This document shows positions 11,498 through 24,519 of a DNA stretch of 64,000 bases, in pieces. Below the pieces are notes generated by a model. The model searched no databases and was not told the DNA's origin. It was given only the letters and a program-made list of their open reading frames with translations. This DNA comes from Phoronis australis (Eukaryota; Animalia; Phoronida): assembly GCA_002633005.1 (NCBI GenBank), contig NMRA01000046.1, positions 52,926-116,925 of the forward strand, given 5' to 3'. Position numbers and translations under genes: made by a program. The first letter of the stretch is position 1, and the number at the start of each line of letters is the position of its first letter.

Positions 11498-14400
11498 TAG
11501 GTACTAGTCTGACGAATCATACAGCCAAGAGATATTGGAATCGATTAGCCCCTACTGGCAACTAATTAAACATTTAGCCAAGTGCGGAATATAAATCTCA
11601 GAAATAGCTGATCAGATTCGTGAGAAACCTTGATATTAGAATTTGTTTTTAAAAAGTTCCACTTTTGCATAGGGGCTATAAAAGTTATGAAAATGATCCA
11701 AAGCAACCGTGTATTTAATGCGTCATCTTGATTATTTTTATCAAAGTAAAGTTGGTTATGAAATTAATGTCGTTTAATGAATGTACCTTTTTCCCTTATT
11801 TATACTAAAATGACATAGCCATGTGATCCAATCAGTGGCAGATAGTTATTTGGTCGAAAATGAAATTCTACAGAATTTCTACTTTCATCAGAAAATTTAG
11901 GCGACGCATTAGGATCAACTGAAAGGATAAGAAATCGTTGGTTCAATTGTATCAACAATGACTTTAGAACCCATTCTGGCTACTCCGGAGATTTTGAAAT
12001 TATACCGTTGATTCTGCTAAAATGAAGGGATTGTCTTTCTATAGACGTCGTGAACAAGCGAGAATAAACATTCACAAAGTTACAGCAGTTTAGAAGAGGA
12101 GATCAGATGCAAACACAGTCAAGATAGCATCTTCAATAAAAACGGACACTGCTGTGCCATGATGTTTTGGAATATTTACCTTTCAACTTCATCAATATAT
12201 GATTTTAATATAAATTTAAATGCACTTGTACAGCAGTTATTTTTAAAGTCAGCACAACTCTGTTCCTAATTTTTTGCTAATTAATTTCATTATTAGCTTT
12301 CTGTCTTCGTTTTACCATGCACGGTGAAAGCGATACACATATCCTGAAGAAAAACACTATCAGATATTTGCTGTAAATCAGACCTAGGTACAAAAATGCT
12401 CTACGTTCAAAGGCAACAACTGATGTATATAAAATACGCCACACAGACTACCTATTCAGAAATGTTTGTAAAATTAACGATTTATGCATCATTGGTGAAC
12501 CACATTGTCATGGTGAACCACATTGTCTAAGCTCAAATTCCAAAGATGACAAAGCTGCTTAAGGCTCCGGAAAGTTTCACTTCTCGTACTAAATAGGGTA
12601 TCGACCTTTAAGAATAGGCGACATTTAAACCAAAATAATTCACCTAAAATTGAGACTATCCTTTATTCCAACAAACAGAACTGATCATTTTTGCTTTGTG
12701 GCATTTGATGTGTACACACTACAGCTGGAAGTCCTAGCCTATCGAGTATCGTGCCATACACACGTCTTCTAGCGGTAAGACGTAGAGGTTGTGACGTTAT
12801 CCAGCTTACTCTGCAGATACACCTGAATCAATTAAAATAAAGACCTGACTAGTTATCAAATGACGAGCGACTGTGTTTTGTCACCATTCTCTGCATGGCC
12901 TATTTGTGTGCAGAACGAATGCGTTTTTAATTTTACGCCACATTTTTCCGCTTTACACGCTGTAAGGGTCTTTGTCCTAAAGTACGTGATATTTTCTGCA
13001 GGCGGCAATCAAAATCGTTCTTGATAAAATGTTACAATGCACAATTAACGTTTTGAAAAATTCATTCCGACTGTCAATAAAAAAGCTGGTTACGGAAAAA
13101 GCATCGTGAGCGAATTTTTAATTTGAAAAATATTTCTATCTTATCTCGTTGTGCTAAATAAGACACGAATTCATTCAATCAGGATCTTGTTACCTTGAAA
13201 TGTTTGCCGATTCATTTTACCATTTAACGAGGAGGTGGAAAGGGGTGCACGTGATATGCTATAAACGCTCAACTTGAAATTTAAAAATCCGCTCACCATA
13301 TTTGTCTCAACCTAGAAACACGGTAACAATCCAAATATACAGCTGGCTTTATGCTCTAAACTTCCAATCTTTTCTAGGAAAAAGTTCTGTTTCATTTGCT
13401 TTGGTTTTGGTGCTATGCATCGAATTAATTTACTTTTTTGAAATTGTTTCTCTTTGATCTCTGGTTTCATGTCCTCGCATGGTGCGCCACCTTGTGGACA
13501 TAGCTGGTTAACATGCGCAAGCAAAAAGTTGTTTGGTTCCATTATAATGTAAAATACCCAAAAGTGTATTATGTACTGTCTTGAGCGACGTTTCCCGGCA
13601 TCTCATTTTCTGCAGAATAAACATGGTGGCTCTGGTGTACAAAACAGTTATCTTGTTACCCGAATGCGTACAGTTGAACGTGTCAATTAACTTGTCACCG
13701 TACCTTCGCATTATAGTGTAAAGGGATTAGATGTAAACTACTGGGAATTATTCCAGGTACTGTTGGTGTACCGTCACGTTATCACGGGAATGATTCCAGG
13801 TACTGTTGCTGTGATGTACCGTCATGTTATCACAAAGTTAAAAATACCAGGTGTCCATTTCCAAATGAATGTGTTAATGATAAATATTCAGTTTCAGCTA
13901 AAAACTTTTTACTTGATATCGAACTCGAAAATGTCTTAAACACAAACTCATTATTCTGAGGTCAAGTTAAGCAGATGAGTGTTCAGTCCAAGTGTGCACT
14001 TAATCCAAGGTTTGAGCTACAAAGTCGAGTGGAACACTCGAACTTATGATTTTAATGCGGTGGCCATCAAGTATTTAACAGAATTCCACAATCAACCATG
14101 TAAACTATGGAATTATAGACAATTATTTTAAGTTCGAATTCAAGTGGAACGGAAAATGCCAAAAAATATTTTCGAGTTTCAGTTCGAGAAAATAGATCCC
14201 GGGCCCAGGGGAAACATTAGAAGTAGATCCCGGGCCCAGGACCAACGGGAACATTAGAAATAACCAAAACACAATTCCATTCACGTCATGCTCATGTCCC
14301 CTCATCAGACATCGTCAGCCAATCAGCGAACACGGAAACTACTTAAGAAATGAGCATGAACGTGACTCAAATGAAAACTGTGACGCCGACAACGGTATAA

Positions 14401-17400
14401 GTTTACAGGAACCCTTATTTCTATTTATAAAATTTAATAGACTATGTATCTAGTAATTGACTATATATCTAGTACTTGACTATGTGCAGTGTATCTAGTA
14501 CTTGACTGAAGGGAGTCGCAACATCTAAGGTTGAAAGAAAAAAGTATTACCACACAAAATTTCAGGAAAACTCACCTGGTAGATGAAATTTTATTGAGGT
14601 GTGGTTCCCACTGTGCCTTTCTCAGGTAAAGGACAATGCAGCTTTCTCAAGACCGTTTAACAATGATCTCCGTAGCTGTTTCAGAACGACAATAAATCCT
14701 GATAGCTTGGACGATTTCAGCTTAAATCCCCCGTCCAACAACTGAACCGTAACAAAAATAGCTATAGACGAATGTTTTATCGCGCCAGACTATTTGAATA
14801 GTTTATCAGAACATGTGCTAAAAACCTCCAGTAAATGCTATGTTCGCATAGGGGGGCATATGAATGTGATAGGTAACGGAGATGTCCTTTTATCAAAAGA
14901 AAGACTGTTTATGGGACAGTTTAATGTGTCGGAGATTTGCTGGATTTACATTTTTCAGTTCTTTTGTTATTTTTTTATCAACATTAATTCTCAAAATCAC
15001 GTATTAATTAAATTCACACCTCCACCCTGGTTTCTCTTATTAAAAGTCCACACCGAAGTTCAACCGTTTCCCGTTTGTCATACTTCACGCCGTAGTATCA
15101 CCACCGACAATTGCTTTCCTCGAGTTGTAGAAATTTTCAGGGATAATTGTGACTAAGCGAAGAATTTGTAGCGCAAGGTCAATGTAGACCTGTCCCACGC
15201 GACATTGCTGCATCTCAGACCACACTACATTACCGTTAGCGAACCTTGCGGGACTTCTTCAAACAAAATGTCCATCTCCGAGTCTCCAACTGATGCTTGA
15301 ACCGTTGATTCAGAAACGTATCACTGTATTCCAGCTCATTTGTTGTTCATGTGGTCACTCCAATGAATGCGTTTTACGAGAGTACTAATTGCGTACAAAT
15401 ATTGATATTTTATACCCAGAGGAGAGTTAATTTATTTAAAATTAGATCAATAAATTCTAATTACCAAATGGAAACGCCTGAAACGTACTACTGGTCAATG
15501 GTCACCATATCTGCCCACCAGGATTAGGCTGGACACTCTCAGAAGGAAAGGTGCTTTAGTCCACTAGTGACCACATTATGTACGGCATGATGAAACGTGG
15601 GTGCCTTGATTTAAACAATCGGTGGGAAATCAGTAAACACTGAGCTCCATCTCTTGGAGTAAAAAGTATGAGGAATCACTAGCCACAATATATCCCTCCA
15701 GCTGCCGTCGATCTTTCAATAAAATTGTATTTACAAATAAATGTATCACCTGTTTAAAAGTCGTCACGTGATTTGTGGAAATGTTGGAAAAGATTCAGCA
15801 TGGCAACTGTATTCAGGACTATACATTCACACTAGTATTGCTTTAGTGAGTCACTTTGAAGCTCAGAACATTAATTGTTGAGACGATTATCCCTCATAAC
15901 TGGACTTGTTGGATAACGTTTATTGATTAGATTTCACTTCAGTTACACGAGTATAAGGTAATACTATTTTTCTTACATAGTTATTCGAACACCTTCAGAA
16001 ATACTGATATTAATTATAAATGTTAGCTTATGCAACATTTACCTTACTAAACGTTACAGCAATCCAACAATACTCACACTAGCGATCGATGGCGGAAATC
16101 AGGTTAGGCAATCGGTATTGTATCGCAACCTTAGCTAGCTGTCACGACAGCAAGATAACTAACTTCAATCGTAGAAGTAATTCCGGCATATAAGTTTCAG
16201 GCGCTGTTCAAAACATACTTTTTACAATTACCAACGTGGCCATTATAACTGTCACGTAGACCCTACCGTGTCGGAATGAAAACATGAGAAAAACACTGGT
16301 ATTTAACCCTTAGAATTGTCATTCAAACAATAACATTGTAGTCTACCTACTCATATTAAACATTGTTGTCGAATAAATGCGGTCTGTCTACCTATAGAGG
16401 TAACCGTTAGAGTGAAGCACGCGTAACCAACATCGCTGGTGTCCATTTACAACATTTCAAGGCCGGTCAAGCATAACGGGCTTCGCTCTCTGACCAAAGT
16501 CATAACCCTGGGCTATATTATGGTAACAATCAAGACCCTACTTGGATCAGCACTCGCAGTTTTAGTACAGATATGAAAATTCAGCATCTTTTGTTCACTG
16601 GACATTGAAGATAAATTAATATTTTCGCAAAAGTGGAAGTTTCGCCCCTACCAGCTGCCCTTGAATATTCAAAATGTTACCGTGCTCAACAGATCTTGAA
16701 TTTTTACCGAATGATCAAGCTACAGGAACTGTTGCCAATAAACTCTGAAGCGTTCTTTTGAGCGGCTGAACATGTACCATGTCGAATTCGCATGCCTTTG
16801 TTTCCAAATAATTGCTAATGAAAACTTTATTTCATCTAGATGTTTATCTATCCCAATACGAAAATGTTTCAATAGTAACTGCCACCAAACAGTGAGTACT
16901 AGCCTCCCCAAACACTCATCACTGTGTGCCACCGTGTGGGGTAAGTACACTGTAGATCTTTCCTCTTTTTGAAGCCAGGGTCCGCCACTCTGATAAAACA
17001 AGCCGAACTCACAATTTCGAACAACGCCACTTGTCGACATGTATCAGTGTCATTTCTGGGCGTTAAAGGTTGCTGTAAAATCTACTTACGATTGGTCCTC
17101 TGTTGTCCAGACATTCTCCAGCAGGATATTCAGGCAAGCATAGAATTCTGACCCTTTCCTGTGTCTAGTTTGTTAAGCCTACTCGTTGCCTGTATCGATT
17201 TCGTTATGGCCACAAGCGAATTAGTGTCAATCGATGGGAAAGCTACCGGTTAAAGACCACCGGTGGCGACTAAGTTAACACAATAAAGTAACATTAACCA
17301 AAAGAGTAAATAGTCAAAACACAATTATTGTTACCTTTTGGTTTGAAAAACTGAATTCTGCATGGTCTTCTGTTACAGTCTTTGCCAACGGTAAAATCGA

Positions 17401-18973
17401 TTGAAATGGTTACTGGTAACGACTGTGAGGCGCTAGGTCTCTACAGATTTACCGGTGACATAATTATCTACATTCTAAGCACTATAATGATGGGCTAATT
17501 ATGAAAATTTGCGATTTACCTTTTACTTTTCCTAAACGGAGAGAAAAAATCAAACTTGCTCGCCAGCCACTCTTCAGCCATTGTAATGAGAAATAGGCCG
17601 GAAATCTTTCAATACGGTTTAACTTATCCCTTGAGCTCGATATCTTGGATGCTTATCCTAATATTTGATAACATAGACAAAATTATCCCTGATGCTTAGA
17701 AAAAGACAGCTTAACGTTCCGAACTTTAAGTATGAACACGTCTTCATGGGAGTCTAATATGTTGTTTAAACGATAAACGTTAGCAACACACATTAGTGTT
17801 ATTGGAATAACGAGGACTCAACCGTACGACAGAAACTTGTTTATGTAATGTTTTCGTATACAAATTTCAAGAAAGGCACCAGTATCACATTCTTTCCGAG
17901 TCGCATGCCTCATTCACTTACTCATGTTTTTCCTGAAAACAATATACAAAAAGTCAAGTTTAATTTCCAAACAAAGCATCGTAACACGCAACAATACATT
18001 GCGCTGGATAAGTGAGCTGTTACGACCAGCCATATCGTTACCTGTATTGGTTGACTACCGTTACATTTGGTAGTCTCATCTAGGTACACATGCAATTTTT
18101 AGAGACTGCTTACATATATTCATAAAACAACAGGCTTAAATGTTTATTTTCATGTCACGACTGGCTGGAGTAAAAAGTTTATAGTTACTCTATTCGTTTC
18201 GTTACCGGCCTTGGTGTTGAGCATCAGAGGCATTGTCCCGTATCTCAGGAGGCTTTCCCATATGAATGGTTGGAAGGGACAAGTCGTCAATTCGGTTGCC
18301 GTGGTAGGCTCGGGCCTAGTCTTTCTGTCGCTCACTGCGTTGGTCTGATTTTAAATGTGCGTAAATCTATTCTACTCTAACATTGTGTGGATAGGAGCTT
18401 CCCCGCAGGACAAGATTGTAAGGTGATTTTACGACAGGCCTTTAACCAACTGATTATTCAAAAAGGCGAGTTCACTTAATTTTCCAACCCCATCATCATC
18501 ACCCCCGCAGAGTTTAAAATTTTCGCCATGGGGCTACGCGCAGCATGACTCTTTGTCTTTTTTCATGAAGATTTCGAAGTTCTCCCGATCGGTACCCAAT
18601 GTCAGTACTTATGAACGTAACACGCATTAAAGATTCAGATAGAAAAAATGCTGTTTCGGTGACCATCGTACTTCACTCGAAACTGCTTGAAAATTGACCA
18701 GTCGCTTTCCGCGCTTTGTCTAAACTTTCAAATTCCACAGAATTTGATTGTTCAAATTTCTAATGAAGTCTCGAATAAACTGAGTGTAGTTGTCACGGTG
18801 TGAGAGTGTACTGCGACAGGAGGACAGCCCGAAAATCGCAGAGACCGGTCGGGTGTAGCTCCAAGTACCATAACATACACTTTTTTATAATGTTTATTAC
18901 GAAATCTTCGATACAATGAATATACATAACCCAGAAAGCGCCAAGAGGCATTATATCTGGGTTAAAATGTACA

Positions 18974-19052
18974 AAGAAATCTATATACAATTATTTTACA
19001 CAAATACATAAAAAGAAATCTGTATACAATTATTTTACACAAATACATAAAT
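18974..19052. repeat. ~40-bp tandem duplication
   Basis: aaagaaatct(a/g)tatacaattattttacacaaatacataa occurs twice. Confidence 0.85.
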
Positions 19053-19688
19053 TAAAAGAAACTGTTGTTAAGATTACGATGACATATGATTACGAAAGTA
19101 AATAAATCATTTTCATACACATTTATACAATTCTATCCACTCACACAAAGAGATTTAATATTATAAAGAAATTTTGACACTATTTCGAATAAAACCTTAT
19201 TTTCATTTGGGTTGAGTTCTTGACTTTCATATAGAAAAAAATAATTTTATAACATACACTCCGTTATTAGAGATTCTGCCGTACTCACAAAATTGTTTTT
19301 TCTGTTCGACAACACTGCACTTCTAGCCAAATATCTGCAAACTATAGAATTTAACTCAGCAGAAGTACATATCTTCGGATAGCAGAAATACCGTAGAATT
19401 TGATTGTTGACTTTATACCAATCTACCATTAATTGGGTCACATGACCAAGCTTTTTATTGCTATTTAGTAAAAACAGTACATTCTTAACAAAACTACTTG
19501 AGTAATAGCATGATCAAATTTCATACACTATAAATGTTCAAGATAAAATCTCAAAATCGCTTATACGATTTTCTAAATTACCCTTTCAATTCAATTAATT
19601 TATGCAACTTTAAAGGTTTTCCACAAAAAGCCCATTTGTCCTATAATGTATAGCCCTAATGCAAAACTGGAACATTTAAAAAACAATT

Positions 19689-19988
19689 CCAAGCAGTTCT
19701 GTTGAACAGTGCACAAAGCATAGTACCAAGCAGTTCTGTTGAACAGTGTACAAAGCATAGTACCAAGCAGTTCTGTAGAACAGTGTACAAAGCATAGTGC
19801 CAAACAGTTCTGTTGAACAGTGTACAAAGCATAGTACCAAACAGTTCTGTAGAACAGTGCACAAAGCATAGTACCAAACAGTTCTGTTGAACAGTGTACA
19901 AAGCATAGTGCCAAACAGTTCTGTTGAACAGTGTACAAAGCATAGTACCAAACAGTTCTGTAGAACAGTGTACAAAGCATAGTACCAA
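19689..19988. repeat. 37-bp minisatellite, 8 copies, truncated at an N
   Basis: Unit ccaa(a/g)cagttctgt(t/a)gaacagtg(t/c)acaaagcatagt(a/g), head to tail with no spacers. Confidence 0.97.
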
Positions 19989-20239
19989 NTCAAAATGGCG
20001 CCAACGTATTTGTAGATTAGAAGAGTATTTTTATCAAAGGTATCAACTTACACCGTAGAGCCTGACACAGATACATGAAGTGTAATCTGCTCACGTTTCT
20101 GAATAATAAACAGATAAAAGCATCATACATTTCTAAGTTCGAAAGTGGTAAAATCTGTTGTGGACGCATACAGGTTATTAAAGTGGTCTTTGGAGGACTG
20201 TATTTTGGCACATAAAGAATTTAACCGAATGTGACACAT

Positions 20240-20510
20240 ATATACATGTAGTTGCGGGGCTTGTATATTGGGTGGATTGTAAGAACAGTGGAAAACCGGG
20301 ATATATAATGTAGTTGGGCATATATCTAATGGGACATATAAAGTTGCGGGGTATATATTGTATACACCTAACGGGACATATATACTTGCGGGCTATATAT
20401 TGTACTGGGGCATATACCTAGTGAGGTATATATTATTGCGGGATATATATTGCTCCGGGGCATATACCCAACGGGGCATATATAGTTGCGGGCTATATAT
20501 TTATATATAC
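20240..20510. repeat. Degenerate ~45-bp tandem repeat
   Basis: Recurrent gggcatatacc...gggacatatatagttgcgggctatatatt motif. Confidence 0.7.
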
Positions 20511-20570
20511 CCCGGAACTAGGTCTCAAAATTTTACCCCGCTGCAAGGTTTCAAATAATAACCCCACATC

Positions 20571-20581
20571 TGTATATAAAC

Positions 20582-20621
<40 letters not shown>

Positions 20622-20743
20622 GTATATATTTGTGTATATATATATACATATACATATACATACACAAATATATACATATATATATATATATATATATGTA
20701 TATGTATATATTTGTGTATGTATATGTATATGTATATATATAT
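20571..20743. repeat. (TA)n / (TATG/TACA) microsatellite
   Basis: Seen directly; explains the YIYIYI ORFs. Confidence 0.97.
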
Positions 20744-20789
20744 AATACTATAAAATGCAGCCCGGAAACAACAGTTAGCATCCGGGCGT

Positions 20790-23280
20790 TAGGCAATGAA
20801 CACACAATAATAAATAAGAATACTAAGCTGTTATCATTATATACAACAATAAGAGAAAAGAGAAAAGTGTAAAGTGACATTGACTTGCAACACATCGATA
20901 CAAGAGCAAACTATGATAAACAAATGATGCAACATATTGAAGCAGTATAAGATTAGTTTCAACACTGAAATTACTTGAACCATTGATGAGGATATTGGCT
21001 TTGTCTAGTAAACTACGGGTTTCATTAAGTGTACAGAACACATCAGAATTACTTTCGATGACCTGGAAAAGTCCCTGTCACTGTTGAAAATTAATTGGAC
21101 AGTCCAACAGAAAGTGAATTTTAGTCTGAGCTTGCCCACAATTTCACAACGGAGAGACGTCTCTGAAGGTGTGTCGAAATTTATCAGACTTAAGTAAAAG
21201 TCCAGAACACAATCTATTGAGAGATATCTCGTGAGATCTAGGAATAGTTTTAAACTTAGTAAGAGGGAAAGGTAGATTGGCATGACAGAAGTAATTTTTA
21301 AAGCTTGTTTTGATCATTGAGGGCAGTGTATTCCAATTTTCTATACACACTGGAATTCTGCGAGTTGCCCTGGAATATGACGGGGGGGTTGTGAAAATTA
21401 TCAATGGTATTCCTAAGGCTAGGCCTTCGGCATTTTCTTTCATATTTGTTAAATATAAGCTTATTAGACGCATTGTTTATGTTATTGAAAACTTTAAATG
21501 CGTGCATGGTTGTGTGTAGTTGCCTTCGTTCGGAAAGTGTAGACCAATTCAGGCTATTGAGAACTTTATTTTTTCTGAACCTTTAAATGATGCTGTGATT
21601 GAGAGTGCAGCTTGATACAGCAAACGATCTAACTGTAGTAGAACACCAGCACTATCGGATTGATAGATCATGTCTCCGTAGTCAAAGTGGGGAAAGATAA
21701 ATGCATTAAAACAAAACTTCTTAGTTGCCTTGATAAAAGTTTGATTGAATTCAGCAACTTTTGAACCTTAGCAACTAGATCACGACAATGAGCATTCAAA
21801 GAGAGATTGTTATCAAGAATAATACCTAAGTATTTATGGTTATATTTGTGTATTCTCCCACCACTAAGATGAAAAATTAAATAGTGGATCTTCATGAAGT
21901 AGTGAGCTTTTGGATGGTGAGAAAATAATGTCCACACTTTTTTCTGCTTTAAAATTCATTCGCCATTTGGCAGCCCACGAAGAAAGTCTGTGTAGATCAT
22001 CTTGTTTTGTCATAGATAGTTGTGGATTGTCTTTAGGGAAGGGAAGAAATAAAGATGTGTCATCAGCGTATAGATACATGATACATTGTCGGGAAGGTCA
22101 TTAATGTATAGAAGGAAAAGTAATGGACCATAACCTGGAGATGACGACATCAATTCTCACTTTGTAGATGCGATTACAATAAACTTAAAAGAGTACCAGA
22201 TATTCCAAAAGATCTTAATTTGTAAATGAGTACTTCATGTGGGACCACGTCGAAGGGAGAGGCAAAGCTGAGGAGAACAGACCTGACATTTAATTTATTT
22301 TCAAACTGTAAATGTATGTCATGGATGGTTTCAGTGAGTTAGGAAATTTTACTTTTTTCCTGGTAGAAAACCAAACTGCAGTGGATATATGAGATTGTGT
22401 GAGTTTAAATGTCCAAGGAGTTTTCGAAAATTATAATCTTTTCTAGAATTTTGGAGAAGGTGTTAAGGAGTGTGATGGGGCGATAATTTGACAATTCTGA
22501 CTTGCAGTGCTTCTTGTGAAGTAGTACCATTATTCCCAATTTCCAATTGGAAGGATAATGACCTGACAACAGAATTTTGTTAAATAGTTTTGTGAGAGGT
22601 ACAGATAATTCTTTAGCTGTAATTTTTTCATTTTATTTGTTATGAGTTCTGATCCATTTGATTTGTTAACGTCGATAACCTCATCTTTAATGCTTTCAAC
22701 AATGCCGATATTGTAATCATGTTTTGCACTTTTTTATACTTTCCACGTGTTGATTGAAATGGCGATAGTTGCCAGACTGTTTGTAGCGCCTGTGTAACTT
22801 AGAGCGTTTTTTAAGTTCGCGTTTTATCAGTTCTGTAAACTATGGTTTGTTTTTGGTGGTAACTGCTTTGAATTTGGATGGAATGTTTTTCTGTAGGATG
22901 TCTGTGAGTTCTTTATTGAATCTCGATACTACAGTATCGATGCCGTTTCGACTAAGAATTGCATCCCAGTCGTGGTTGATTAACTCGTTATGCAATTGAA
23001 TTTGATTTACTTTGTCGTATTTCCAAACACGTTTTATAAGAGGGTGTTCGTTGTGAGCTGAACATGATCGGATGGACGTATTTATGACATGGTGATCCGA
23101 GTGACCGATCGGGGGCAGAACGAACGTGGACGAAATAGAACTGAGGTTGTTGGTAATACACAAGTCAATGCAGGATTTGGAAGTTGTGGAGATTCTTTTA
23201 GGCTCGTTGATCAGTTGTATAAAGTCGTTTACAAGTAGTACGTCGAATAGTTCAATGCCTGCCTTATTCTCGTCCTTTGT
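20790..23280 (-). mobile_element. Decayed CR1/L2-group LINE ORF2 (APE endonuclease C-terminus + reverse transcriptase)
   Basis: Endonuclease motifs FIQLINEPKRISTTSKSCIDLCITN...IGHSDH; RT motifs YRPITLL, LYADDTSLF, WAAKWRMNFK and KYLGIILDNNLS. Many stops and frameshifts. Boundaries are approximate. Confidence 0.9.
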
Positions 23281-23989
23281 AGTTGCAGTCAGCAACAGTG
23301 TGCTTAAGGACTTCAAACCTTGCAAAGTTCTTAGATTTAAGTCCATTGATGTTTGTGAAAAGTATATCAAAATTGTTAGTTCCAGGGATAAATTCAATGT
23401 CTCCAGATCTAAGGAGAAGAAGACCGGAGATGAGAACAATGTCTATACATACATAGAGTATAAATTAGGCAAGTGTAACAAGTAGGCAAAACTGATGAGA
23501 TATTATCAGAGAAGAAAGGACTCTTTCAGATCCCGGGTGTAACGTTAAGGCAGTAAATCATTTAATGAAAGAAAACAAAAGTAAAAAGGGAAAAAACAAA
23601 AAAGCAACGAAGTAACACAGAAAAGTTGAAATGAAGAGAATGAAAAGGCAAGCAACTCCACCATTGAATGAGAGTTTGTCAACTCTCATACGGCAGATAT
23701 ATTATTAGGTATCGGATATAACCAAGACAATTATGTGTGTATACAAATCTAGGCCTATGCATATTAACAAATATCCCAAGCTTATGTATATCAATACACA
23801 TAATATACATATCAAAACATTTCAGAATACAGAGAATTAATTGGTTAAATATATTACTCATAACTGTGTACATAGGCAAAACCCAAAACTCGTAGGACGT
23901 TGGACCTCACTCACAGCATTGTCTTATTTGTACATGTACACTTGTTAAAACAAGTGTACATGTATAAATAAGACAGTGCCCATTCAACC

Positions 23990-24289
23990 CACGTGGGTAC
24001 TTATTTCACTTTTAGACCCCATGTACATTATGGCTCACGTGGGTACTTACTTCACTTGTAGACCCCATGTACATTATGGCTCACTTGGGTACTTATTTCA
24101 CTTGTAGACCCCATGTACATTATGGCTCACGTGGGTACTTATTTTACTCGTAGACCCCATGTACATTATGGCTCACGTGGGTACTTATTTCACTCGTAGA
24201 CCCCATGTAAATTATGGCTGACATGGGTACTTATTTCACTTGTAGACCCCATGTACATTATGGCTCACGTGGGTACTTGTGTCACTTGC
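23990..24289. repeat. 46-bp minisatellite, ~6.5 copies
   Basis: Unit cacgtgggtacttatttcacttgtagaccccatgtacattatggct. Confidence 0.97.
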
Positions 24290-24441
24290 ACACCCTGCGC
24301 AACATTAAATGTACAAGTTCAAGCCTGAATTCAAAATCTCAAGGTTTTACTCGAAATTTCAAGTTATTTCTCGTTTTAGCTTGAATTTATGTATCGCCAA
24401 CTGCAAATTTGCACTGCACACTCGGCGTTTGCGTAACCCAT

Positions 24442-24517
24442 AATATACTCGGCCACAGAGTATTCAGACAATTATCTTGAATATACTCAGCCACAGAGTA
24501 TTTAGACAAATATCTTC
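24442..24517. repeat. 38-bp tandem repeat (2 copies here; third copy at 27288-27325 beyond the LINE)
   Basis: Unit aatatactc(g/a)gccacagagtat..agacaa.tatctt(g/c). Confidence 0.9.
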
Positions 24518-24519
24518 AA

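Noticed and set aside
11855-11898. Hammerhead ribozyme core CTGATGA...GAAA on the - strand
   Set aside because: A stem III forms, but stems I and II cannot pair.
16890-17045. Trypsin-like fragments (LP...CATVWG|GTAAGT and LIKQAELTISNNATC)
   Set aside because: The implied intron is only ~34 nt, the phases are incompatible, and no catalytic H/D/S motifs are nearby.
19689-19988. CRISPR-like 37-bp repeat array
   Set aside because: Units abut directly with no unique spacers, there are no cas genes and the context is eukaryotic. It is a minisatellite; the same applies to 23990-24289 and 36039-36176.
19600-20895. Several 96-126 aa ORFs
   Set aside because: They are translations of the minisatellite and the (TA)n microsatellite.
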